Position numbers and translations under genes: made by a program. This document shows, piece after piece, positions 38,501-46,442 of a stretch of DNA of 56,253 nt. How positions within the stretch are numbered: the first letter of the stretch is position 1; every line of letters begins with the position of its first letter. Origin of the DNA: a virus. Lineage: Duplodnaviria > Caudoviricetes. The stretch lies in IMG/VR virus record IMGVR_UViG_3300030451_004176, positions 1 through 56,253 of that record; one strand, written 5' to 3'. The notes beneath the pieces were generated by a model that saw only the letters and a list, made by a program, of their open reading frames with translations, did not search any database and had not been told where the DNA came from.

Positions 38501-40407
38501 ATATATATAAGACCAATATCAAAATCTCTGTTACTATGTAAACTTTTTTTATCAGAAAGACCATTTATTGTGAAAAACGGAGGTGATGAAGCCTGATACC
38601 TAACACCTTCAAAAGAAAAAACTCCACCTGCACTCCCTGGTGTGCTGTAATAAACAGGCATAGGAAGTTGCATTGTTATTTTGTTTGTATCGTTATTTGG
38701 AGGTGCAACAGTAGTTATTTTAAAACCTGTTTGTCCAACAGGATAACTTGGAGGCGATACAGAAGTTCCATCTTGACATCCTGAAGGGTTGTTGGGCGAT
38801 GCAAAATTAGCAGCTGAGTTTACGGGAGTTGCAGCAGAACTTGTTACCGTGTTCTCAGCCGGATTAACTAAAGACCCATTATTTATAAAATCTGTAACTG
38901 TAGCTGGAGAAGCACTTGCCGCACTAGTAAAAGAAATAAAAGATTTTGTAGGTGCAATATTAGCTGGGCCAATTCCAAAAGCTCTTTCAAACTCATTACT
39001 ATTAAAGAAGTCATATGCGTTGGCATAAGAATCATTTATATAAAAAGAAAATCCAACGTTTGCTATAACTGGATTTGATCTAGTTACATTTAGATTTAAA
39101 ACTGCAGCATTATCATTAACTACTTCTGACTGTAATCCAGAAACAATAGAACAACTAAATGTAATTAAAGTTCCAGCTGTAAACTGAACTCCTGTAAAAT
39201 CAAAAGTAGCTTCAGTGTCACTAATAGTGTTTGTTACTCCAGGATTACCCATTAAGTAGTCAGAGTCTGTTATTGTCCCTACAATACTTGAAGAAGAAGA
39301 TGTATTTGTTAATTGAGTTTCTTGACTAGGTTGAAAAAGCTCTGAAGTAAAATTAATATTTATATCGTTTCCATCAGAGTCTTTTATATCATATCCATCT
39401 ACATAGTTACCATACATCAATCTATTAGACTGAAAAGTCTGAGCTTTAGCGAATCTAGGAACATTGTCAAAAAGTCTTAATATTTCTGAAGTAGCTAATA
39501 TGTTTTTAATCTTCTTATCCTTAAATAAAATACTTTGTGTGGCATTATTTACCCACCCATTGTCAGCTTTATTGTAACTGTCTATAACTTTTATAACATC
39601 ATTATTAGAATCTTTAAAACAAAGCTCTATATCTGTAACTCTTTTATCCCCAGTATTAAACTGAAGAGTTAAAGAGTTAAATTTATTTTGCATTGAATTA
39701 TTTAAAGATGTAGCAAAATCAAAATCAAATTCATCTTGAGGTCTGAACGCAGGAGAAGTAAACTGTGATAGAGCACTGTACTCACCATCTAAATATCGGT
39801 ATCTGTAGGCAAAACAAAGAAAATTATCAAAAACATAACCTTCTTCTAAAGGAGGAGATTGTGTTAAAATAACAGTAGGTTTTTCTGAAGGTGGTTTTAC
39901 AATGACAGATAAGTCGTTTTCTACAATAGTGTCAATACCACCGGTAGGTAAACCATAAGTTCTTTTTACGTTTATTTTTCTAGGTGGATTATAATCGTCT
40001 GTCCAAAAAAGTAAATCACCAATTAAGTTAACACCAGTTATATGGTAAGTTTTATTGAAGTTTAAAATACTAACAGACACAACGTGGTATATTATATTTC
40101 CTGTTACTACATTATAAGAAACAATTAAATCACCATTAATTGGGTCATTAATAAACCAGTATATATTGTTATCTATTTGATCAGCATAACTACCAATGCA
40201 AACTGCATTAGAAGATAAGGCTGTTCCCTGAAAGTTAATGTCAGTTAGTTTTTCGTTTCCTTTTGCTTTTTCTAATGAACCAACTTCTGAAACTGCTGTA
40301 GACCCAGTACGTAAATTTAAAGCATCAATGTATTCTCCTGGAGCTAAAATCCTTTCATCATCGGACTTATTCATTACGCCCTTTAAAAAAGTACTTACTG
40401 CCTTCAT
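35524..40407 (-). CDS. tail nozzle / stabilization protein
   Basis: MNKSDDER...GEYIDALN, LLFWTD.YNPPRKIN, FAYRYRY.DGEYSA, RLMYGNY, YGISKNPES. Confidence 0.8.
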   Translation of the reverse strand: MKAVSTFLKGVMNKSDDERILAPGEYIDALNLRTGSTAVSEVGSLEKAKGNEKLTDINFQGTALSSNAVCIGSYADQIDNNIYWFINDPINGDLIVSYNVVTGNIIYHVVSVSILNFNKTYHITGVNLIGDLLFWTDDYNPPRKINVKRTYGLPTGGIDTIVENDLSVIVKPPSEKPTVILTQSPPLEEGYVFDNFLCFAYRYRYLDGEYSALSQFTSPAFRPQDEFDFDFATSLNNSMQNKFNSLTLQFNTGDKRVTDIELCFKDSNNDVIKVIDSYNKADNGWVNNATQSILFKDKKIKNILATSEILRLFDNVPRFAKAQTFQSNRLMYGNYVDGYDIKDSDGNDININFTSELFQPSQETQLTNTSSSSSIVGTITDSDYLMGNPGVTNTISDTEATFDFTGVQFTAGTLITFSCSIVSGLQSEVVNDNAAVLNLNVTRSNPVIANVGFSFYINDSYANAYDFFNSNEFERAFGIGPANIAPTKSFISFTSAASASPATVTDFINNGSLVNPAENTVTSSAATPVNSAANFASPNNPSGCQDGTSVSPPSYPVGQTGFKITTVAPPNNDTNKITMQLPMPVYYSTPGSAGGVFSFEGVRYQASSPPFFTINGLSDKKSLHSNRDFDIGLIYMDEYNRSSTPLLSNNSSFKVPASNSVIQNKAKTTIPPSMNPPSWAKKYKFAIKPSGLEYDTIYAVRAYEDNDENQFFWCLLEGEQAAKVTEGQILIAKNDGNSPKSNYEEVVVVTKSTQPNVTSTPNPPAGVYIKLKRTTTYDPLGVGFESVTVEGVESQQGSSLSAQYANLCLDLSPMLTGPWATGIIPVGTYITIDVLYEREKADTYLFTACKEVGYQHLKITKRANKNYNVTTGTSSQNFRTNLSQMITDQFVSGINNEFPVLNISYGPNSEPEFPIKFIGESIQTPSVLKPAGDYHVISLNPLNSPGTPAIGFRCNYQACVSAVSPIQLDFAPSKVSASITIEEQVSQPLVFETEPVESNPNFFFEGEESYEIINNKHQGNFQNQFDWSFADNGQNNAYRTAVGLTASTNGYGNNVVFTDNSIFGGSNTPHSYTVGDTVIINQNLPFTHTAYQGEHTVVEVPDVYTICIELAFAGSTPVQPGTANSPAIVINEFYDCFTFRNGVESIRILDSIKKQNFTIGNRVYGVSDEEFKEADRGASITYSGLFNLEGNINRLNSFNLGTLNFKDLDNRYGDIQILDGRKSDLLTLQENKISYVLAEKTQLLNSDGSANVSASTNVLGTQIARVEEYGISKNPESYVQYGIGKYFTDSSRGAVIELRGDSYSNEQLSVASNFGLRSWFRDLFIEYPNTQKIGAYDPFIDEYVLSSNEINLPQEIKLYNCGNILTFTTRKDNVNYILDYGTGIGSGSLGYDISAGEITLNVTYDGITATTGAITGSGTLNFTKDKASVEEANVEVVVSNPTVTPATFQLTNTCINAAEFAVVLVTVYNPSDAGKQITNKFRWSNAEPYSSPLYSDTIIFETDIIPGKTAGNYVAQYEIISGQEGVNMIPTTGLVTGSVSSVVDVITSKETSDTYDFDPTSNRQMYFWSNILYQNNPSNINALLTAANNITTVSPTSTGVYSGSFNFNPSAPPPSLNYLYIIYDYFS

Positions 40408-40408
40408 T

Positions 40409-41341
40409 CTACTTAATTATTTTATCTTGACCCCTCAAGTTCATCAATAATCTACCAGGGTGAATGTTGCTCATTCTTATTTTCGCATTTCTTAATAACG
40501 CACTTTTGTTTCTTCTAGCTCTTTGCACTTGGTATTCAGGAATACCTAATTTAGAATTTAACAATGAATATGTAATATAAGCATATATAAATTCTTCAAA
40601 TAATTTATTGACCGTTATTAAAGAGTTATCTCCATTTTCCATACCATCAGAAACATACTCTAATATAACTATTTTACCACCAGCTCCACTGCTGAAATTT
40701 ATCACACCTCCCTTATTGTCAATTCTAAAAGTAGGTAAAGCATTAGCAGTTTCTGTATTTAATCCAAATCTTTTTCCAAAAGCATAGTCAAATGCCCAGA
40801 ACCCAGCTTCCTCAATATACCATCCGTAGTATCCGTGAAAAGGACTAGATTCATTTAGATATATGCTTTTCTTTCTTTTCTTAATTCTATCCATATCAAT
40901 GTTAGAATCATTTGGTTTTAATACGTTTCCGTTTTGATCAAATAAAATATTACAATCGTTATCTTGAAGATAAGCTTCTGCATAATTTGTTTGTATATTT
41001 TCTGTTAAAGGAAATAAAACACCGTCATAATAAATAGAAACACGAACCCAGTTTACATAGTCAGGAGGTAATATATATTTTAAAGTATCATCACATACCT
41101 CAAGTTCTAATATTTTAATTTCTTTAAAAGCATCATAATTTAATTCTTGAATAGCTCGTTTTGCGTGAAATAATATTTTGTATCTTTCTTCATTAGTAGT
41201 TAAATTATTGTTGTCGTGATACATCAACATATAATTATTAACCACATCCTTTAAAGAAACATATTGATAAGATCCCCAGTTTTTATCAAGAGGTAAATTA
41301 CCACCGTTTTCGTAATATTGGTATTGAGAAATATAAGCCAT
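40409..41341 (-). CDS. tail ring/adaptor structural protein
   Basis: LPPDYVNWVR, ILEYVSDG motifs; located before the nozzle. Confidence 0.7.
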   Translation of the reverse strand: MAYISQYQYYENGGNLPLDKNWGSYQYVSLKDVVNNYMLMYHDNNNLTTNEERYKILFHAKRAIQELNYDAFKEIKILELEVCDDTLKYILPPDYVNWVRVSIYYDGVLFPLTENIQTNYAEAYLQDNDCNILFDQNGNVLKPNDSNIDMDRIKKRKKSIYLNESSPFHGYYGWYIEEAGFWAFDYAFGKRFGLNTETANALPTFRIDNKGGVINFSSGAGGKIVILEYVSDGMENGDNSLITVNKLFEEFIYAYITYSLLNSKLGIPEYQVQRARRNKSALLRNAKIRMSNIHPGRLLMNLRGQDKIIK

Positions 41342-42066
41342 TAAGTTTCAGTTTGAGTGTTTAATATTTCCGAAGCGTTTGCGTCAGCTACAATCTCTTG
41401 CTCTCTTATAGATAAACCACTATATTTTAATATTCTAGTTACCAATTCAGCATAGTCCGACATTGGTAATTCAAAGTCTTGATAGTCAGGTTGTGATTGG
41501 TCAAATATTGGCTCTCCTAAAGTAAGGGTATTAAACGTCCATTTAGGGTCTTTAGGATATCTAATATATTGTAGCGTTAAGTTCCCTACTATAGTGTTGG
41601 GATAAACTCTTAATGAATTAGATAAGTTTGAAGCAGGTGATGGAGTAGGTTGAAAAACGTAAGCTGGAAACTCAGTAGAAGGAGCAGTTAGTAATGAAGA
41701 GTTTAATAAATTTATTTTAGACTCATTTACTCTTTCGACTATTGTACTTCCATTTAATAAATCCAATAACGTGTACCAGTCATTAGGAAGCGGATATACA
41801 CCTCCAGCTTGAGCAATACTAATTTGCATAGTAAAAGTGTCTATAACTTCTGCTAATTGCTTTTTAAGATCAGCTAAACCACTGCCAGACAATCTGCCTA
41901 ATCTATTGTTTTCTTTGTTTATTTGTCTATTGTAACCATAAAAATATTGTTCGAATATGTCTAGTTGAGCTTGTTTTGCAAACAAGTTAAAATCAGAGGG
42001 TGAAATATATCCGTAATTATTTTTATTTAAAATAGATAATACTGTGTTTCTTACTTCATTGATCAT
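41341..42066 (-). CDS. head-tail adaptor (tail tubular A-like)
   Basis: LNKNNYGYISP.DFN..A..AQ, YIRYPKDPKW, DFELP motifs. Confidence 0.7.
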   Translation of the reverse strand: MINEVRNTVLSILNKNNYGYISPSDFNLFAKQAQLDIFEQYFYGYNRQINKENNRLGRLSGSGLADLKKQLAEVIDTFTMQISIAQAGGVYPLPNDWYTLLDLLNGSTIVERVNESKINLLNSSLLTAPSTEFPAYVFQPTPSPASNLSNSLRVYPNTIVGNLTLQYIRYPKDPKWTFNTLTLGEPIFDQSQPDYQDFELPMSDYAELVTRILKYSGLSIREQEIVADANASEILNTQTET

Positions 42067-42082
42067 CTAATTCTCTTTTTTA

Positions 42083-42123
42083 CAAAGATAAACAAAAAAA
42101 AAGAGCACTCATAAAGTGCTCTT
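42083..42123 (-). terminator. terminator followed immediately by a TATCTTTG promoter box
   Basis: AAGAGCACT-TTATG-AGTGCTCTT plus T run; box at 42083-42090. Confidence 0.8.
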
Positions 42124-42144
42124 GTAGATAAAGTAAATGTAAAA

Positions 42145-42651
42145 TTATCCTATAGATATTCCAATAACTCTAAATGGATCAATTGTAATATCGTGAGCAA
42201 CGTCTTTCCAATGTGTTTGTAAAGCAGTTACAACAAAATCTTCTATTTGATCTCTTACATATTCGCTTCCAGCTGCCACAGGAGTATGAACTAAAGTGAC
42301 TACATCAACAGCTGCTACATCATCATAAGTGATAGTAACGGTAGATGTACTAGCTTGCTCAATTAAACCAATGTTTCCACAGGAAACTAATTGATTATTA
42401 CTAAGAGTGTCTGAGTGAATAAAATATGCTTTAGAAGTGGGAACTGTAGTTCCTACAGATAAAACTGTTTGGCTGTCTACAGCGGTAACAGTGGTGTATG
42501 TGTTGTCAGTAGAGTTGTGAACTATATCACCTACTTGAACATTATCAGTGACAAAAGTAGCACTACTATCTGTTAGCTTGTTAGCTGTTCCAGAAGTAGT
42601 AGTTCCATTGGCTAATAATTTGAATACAGGTACGCTTAAAAACTTTTCCAT
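42145..42651 (-). CDS. virion protein, paralog of 42663..42962 with inserted beta domain
   Basis: Both share KFLS.PV, NQLVS, L.H..VA.GSE..RD...D.VV.ALQ..W.DV. Confidence 0.75.
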   Translation of the reverse strand: MEKFLSVPVFKLLANGTTTSGTANKLTDSSATFVTDNVQVGDIVHNSTDNTYTTVTAVDSQTVLSVGTTVPTSKAYFIHSDTLSNNQLVSCGNIGLIEQASTSTVTITYDDVAAVDVVTLVHTPVAAGSEYVRDQIEDFVVTALQTHWKDVAHDITIDPFRVIGISIG

Positions 42652-42662
42652 AATTGTAAAAA

Positions 42663-42962
42663 TTAAGCAATTACAATAGCACTTACTGCTTTCGGTAGTT
42701 TACCGACTACTTTTACAACGTCTCTCCAAGGTTGTTGTAAAGCTAATACAACTTCATCTTGAAGCAAATCTCTCATCTCTTCACTTCCTGACGCAACTGT
42801 TGCGTGAGTAAGAGTGATTTTTTTGCCTCCTCCATAAAAAATAGTAACATTGTCTAAAGGATCAGATCCTGAAGCATCTCCTACTTCGATCAACTTAACA
42901 TCTGATGCAGAAACCAACTGGTTTTGCTCACCTGTTACGGGTATACTTAAAAACTTTTGCAT
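42663..42962 (-). CDS. putative capsid decoration protein
   Basis: Start reassigned to MQKFLSIPV, downstream of the TACCTTTG box at 42994-43001. Confidence 0.7.
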   Translation of the reverse strand: MQKFLSIPVTGEQNQLVSASDVKLIEVGDASGSDPLDNVTIFYGGGKKITLTHATVASGSEEMRDLLQDEVVLALQQPWRDVVKVVGKLPKAVSAIVIA

Positions 42963-43002
42963 AGTTAAAAAAATTAAGTGGGTTAATAAAAAACAAAGGT
43001 AA

Positions 43003-43079
43003 TAAAAAAACCCCACTATAAGAAGTGGGGCTTTGACTTAGGATAAGTGTTGAGTGATTATAAACAAACAATTAAATTA
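43003..43079 (-). ncRNA. candidate ~75-nt small RNA
   Basis: TATATTTG box at 43083-43090, no ATG-started ORF, CCCCACT/AGTGGGG hairpin plus T7. Confidence 0.5.
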
Positions 43080-43097
43080 CCACAAATATAATAATTT

Positions 43098-43832
43098 TTA
43101 TTTTAACATTTTGATTAATGCTTCATATATTTCTACATTATTTTCTTTTTTGAAAAAATCAGCTAACACTGTAGAAGGAGTTTCACCAAAAGGAATACTA
43201 CATAATTTAGTTTTTTTAGATTTTAAATTATAGTAAATTTCTTTATCATTGTTTCTGGTCTTTAATAAAGATTGACCAAACATTTTATCAATATTATCAA
43301 ATAAATCCAAGTCTGGATCTTCTAATGCATTTAAAAAGTCCTCTGGATTATTTCTCGCAAATAACAAAACATCTCTTTTTATTTCTGAAGAAGCTGCTAT
43401 TCTAGTGTCTACATTTAAATACACTCTAGCTAAAGATTCCATTTTATCAAAACTTAGTCCTGCGGCTTCTTGTTGTGCTTTAGCTTCTAATTCTAAATAC
43501 TGCACCTCTTCTTGAGCATCTTTCTCTCTATCTATTTCCTCAAAAATCTGTCCGTTTGCAGGGTGATAATACAAAAACTCTTGCAATACTGGATTTGTTT
43601 TTGGAACAAACAACATACCATCTTCAAAAACCACTGGCTCTAAAACTGAAGTGGCATCTTGCTCATCTTCAAAAGGTGATTTTTGATTTGAAGCATACCT
43701 AAGTGGTCTACTTGTTGTTCCATCAAAATGTAAAAGGGGTTTTCTTCGACTGTTTCTTGAGTTAAGAGTATAACTCAAAGGCTTTACATTATTACGTAGC
43801 CTATATGTTCTATCTTTTATTTCTTTTTTCAT
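43098..43832 (-). CDS. conserved protein downstream of the major capsid protein
   Basis: Start reassigned to MKKEIKDR; LRYASNQKSPF.DEQ, FEDG.L.V...NP.LQ.FL..HP. Confidence 0.75.
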   Translation of the reverse strand: MKKEIKDRTYRLRNNVKPLSYTLNSRNSRRKPLLHFDGTTSRPLRYASNQKSPFEDEQDATSVLEPVVFEDGMLFVPKTNPVLQEFLYYHPANGQIFEEIDREKDAQEEVQYLELEAKAQQEAAGLSFDKMESLARVYLNVDTRIAASSEIKRDVLLFARNNPEDFLNALEDPDLDLFDNIDKMFGQSLLKTRNNDKEIYYNLKSKKTKLCSIPFGETPSTVLADFFKKENNVEIYEALIKMLK

Positions 43833-43852
43833 TATATTAAATTTGATTAAAT

Positions 43853-43884
43853 TAAAAAAAGGGGGGCTAAAACACCCCCCTCTT
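43853..43884 (-). terminator. terminator after the major capsid gene
   Basis: GGGGGG-TGTTTTAG-CCCCCC plus T7 on the minus strand. Confidence 0.8.
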
Positions 43885-43893
43885 AAGTTACTA

Positions 43894-45315
43894 TTACTTA
43901 AATAACAAGAAGTTATTTGCACCCATAGTACAAAGTGCTCTTTCAGATAAGAAGTTAACAGTCATAACATCTTTATCGCTAGTAGCAGCACCACCAGCAG
44001 ATCCAGTTATCCACGACTTATATCTTCTATCTTCAGTTTCTGACGCTCTATATCTTACGTGTAAGAATGGTCTTTTAGCATTTCTACCTAATACTTGATC
44101 GTAAACATTAGTTGAACCAGCAGGTACTAATACACCTTCAACAGCTCCACCAACTAAACCACCTCGCATAGTAGGATCGTTTAGATATTTCCAATCTGAT
44201 TTGTAGAAATCATAACCTCTTCGGAATCCAGTAAATCCTAGGTTAAGTGCCATTTCTTCGTCATTGTCAAACAATCCGTAAGAAGTACCACCTGCACCGT
44301 AAGAGTTCTGAGCAGCTAACATATCATCAATAGCAAATGAAGTAGATCTATTTAAGAAAAGTACATTCTCTTCAATAGCTCCTTGCTTATCTAATCTTTC
44401 AACGATATCGTCAAAATCAGCTAATGCAGCTAAAGCTCCAGTCCAAACGTTTCCTCTTTGCTCTATAGCGTGGAAAAGACCTTCTGAACCTTTGAAAGAA
44501 TCTCCAATAGCTCCTGATGCAGCTTCTGCAGGAACAGCTTCGATCATTGCTGATTCTAAATAATCATCAAATCTCATTCTTGTTTCGTGCTCTGCTTTTA
44601 AATACCAAAGGTATCCATCAGCACCATCTTCAGTAGATACTTCGATCCACCCGATTTGTGCCATATCAGATCCATTTACTTCATAAGTATCTTTTAAGAT
44701 AATAGGATTGTTTTCTAAAATAGTGTCAAATGGCTCAAGAGATCCTGACATTCCATTTTGACCTTTTTTAAATTCAGATCCATAAATCCAAACAGTTACT
44801 TTTTCATTTGCATCAACTCCAGTACCAACACCAGTATATCCACCACCTTCGTAAAACTTAACAGTGAAAGTAGTAGCAGTAACAGCAGTTACGATACCTT
44901 TGTTAGAAATACCAGCGAAACCTGTGTTACCAGAAATCATAACTGTATTCCCTATTCTAATAGCAATATTAGAGGCATCAGCAGGATTAAATACCTGGTT
45001 AGCAGGAATCAAAACATCAGCTACAGTAAAAGTAGCAGTGTCGTCAGCAGCAGCAGCTGGTGTAGATACGCTTGTATATTTAATATGCAATCTTCCTTGC
45101 TCCGCCCATTTGATAAGGTCAGAGTTAGAAGGCATTTCAGCTCCCGTCATTCGAAGGAAACCGCTTATTGTTCTATTGCCATATCTTTCAAACTCCTTTT
45201 CATAGGTGTCAGGAAGATATTGGTTTAAGAAATTAAAATTGGCTAAGTAGTTAGTAGCACTAGGTACTTTAGTAGCACTAGGCTGTAACGCAAAGCCAGG
45301 TACATTTAAACTCAT
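43894..45315 (-). CDS. major capsid protein
   Basis: After portal and scaffold, followed by a terminator; W.EQGRLH, GSDMAQIGW.E, LNLGF.GFRRGYDFYK motifs. Confidence 0.88.
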   Translation of the reverse strand: MSLNVPGFALQPSATKVPSATNYLANFNFLNQYLPDTYEKEFERYGNRTISGFLRMTGAEMPSNSDLIKWAEQGRLHIKYTSVSTPAAAADDTATFTVADVLIPANQVFNPADASNIAIRIGNTVMISGNTGFAGISNKGIVTAVTATTFTVKFYEGGGYTGVGTGVDANEKVTVWIYGSEFKKGQNGMSGSLEPFDTILENNPIILKDTYEVNGSDMAQIGWIEVSTEDGADGYLWYLKAEHETRMRFDDYLESAMIEAVPAEAASGAIGDSFKGSEGLFHAIEQRGNVWTGALAALADFDDIVERLDKQGAIEENVLFLNRSTSFAIDDMLAAQNSYGAGGTSYGLFDNDEEMALNLGFTGFRRGYDFYKSDWKYLNDPTMRGGLVGGAVEGVLVPAGSTNVYDQVLGRNAKRPFLHVRYRASETEDRRYKSWITGSAGGAATSDKDVMTVNFLSERALCTMGANNFLLFK

Positions 45316-45326
45316 TTTTTATGTTT

Positions 45327-46400
45327 TTATTTTCGGTTTGACTTTATTACTAAACCTCGCCTTGAGGTCGGAGTCACCGCTTTAATTTTGAGCCCTTGTT
45401 TTACTGTGGTTTCTGGAGCAGATCTCATCTTCAAATCAATGTTTTTCATTTTTTTATTTTGATTATCTAATGCTTCACTTTTCCCTGCATCATAGAAAAA
45501 CTTTGCAAACTTATCAGGGTTCATAGCTAAAGCTAATGACCGGTGATATCCACTTACATCAGAAAGTTCTCCTTGATCATTAGTAAATTTGTTTAAAAAA
45601 TTACCAATGTCAGATTGAGATTTCATTAGTTCATTTCTATCTCCTGGAGTAAAAACATAATCCTTGTCTTCAATTTTGAACTTAAAACCTTTAAACTCTT
45701 CTCCGAAAAGATTGGTTGTTTTGTTTTTAAAACTTTCTGATCTTTTTTTAAGTAGTTCAGAATTTTTTAAATTCTCCTCTTTATATTCTAAAAAAGCTTT
45801 GTAGTCATCTGAAGATTTAAAAGAAGTTTCTTCTGTTGACTCAACAGGAGATTTATACTTACTTTTTTGGTCTTCAAAATACTTCAATGCTTTTGAAAGC
45901 TCTTTTTTCTTTTCAATGCCTTTTTGTTTTATAGCATATTCTGAATCAACATTTTCATCAGCTCTAAATTTAGAATCAATTAAAAACTTAATTTCTTCGT
46001 TATCTAATTCTGGCTCTTGTTCAGCATAATATTTAAATAAAACACTTTCTGGATCTTCCTGAGAGTAATCTTTATTTAAAGCCATAAAATCATCGTATCC
46101 TCTACCGGTTTCTTTTTTATAGTCTAAATAAGCTTTTATGTCTCCAGGCAATTCTTCATTGTTGTTTTTTTGATCCATAAGGTCATTTAAAGAATTAATC
46201 TCTTTATCGTACCTTTCTTTAATAAATGAAAGAACTTGTTCTTCTCCCAATTCAGGAGTAGTGTTTTCTACTACTACTTCCTCTTTTGGTTCTTCTATTT
46301 TTTCTTCTACCTGTTCTTCGTGTTTTTGAAGTAACTCTTCTTCCACTTGTTGAACAGATTTTTGTGGAACATCTTCCACGGCTTTTACTTTAATTTCCAT
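45327..46400 (-). CDS. capsid scaffolding protein
   Basis: Acidic helical protein between portal and capsid; TAACTTTG box at 46418-46425. Confidence 0.7.
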   Translation of the reverse strand: MEIKVKAVEDVPQKSVQQVEEELLQKHEEQVEEKIEEPKEEVVVENTTPELGEEQVLSFIKERYDKEINSLNDLMDQKNNNEELPGDIKAYLDYKKETGRGYDDFMALNKDYSQEDPESVLFKYYAEQEPELDNEEIKFLIDSKFRADENVDSEYAIKQKGIEKKKELSKALKYFEDQKSKYKSPVESTEETSFKSSDDYKAFLEYKEENLKNSELLKKRSESFKNKTTNLFGEEFKGFKFKIEDKDYVFTPGDRNELMKSQSDIGNFLNKFTNDQGELSDVSGYHRSLALAMNPDKFAKFFYDAGKSEALDNQNKKMKNIDLKMRSAPETTVKQGLKIKAVTPTSRRGLVIKSNRK

Positions 46401-46442
46401 TTAATTTAATTTTTTTACAAAGTTAATAAATATTTTATTATC

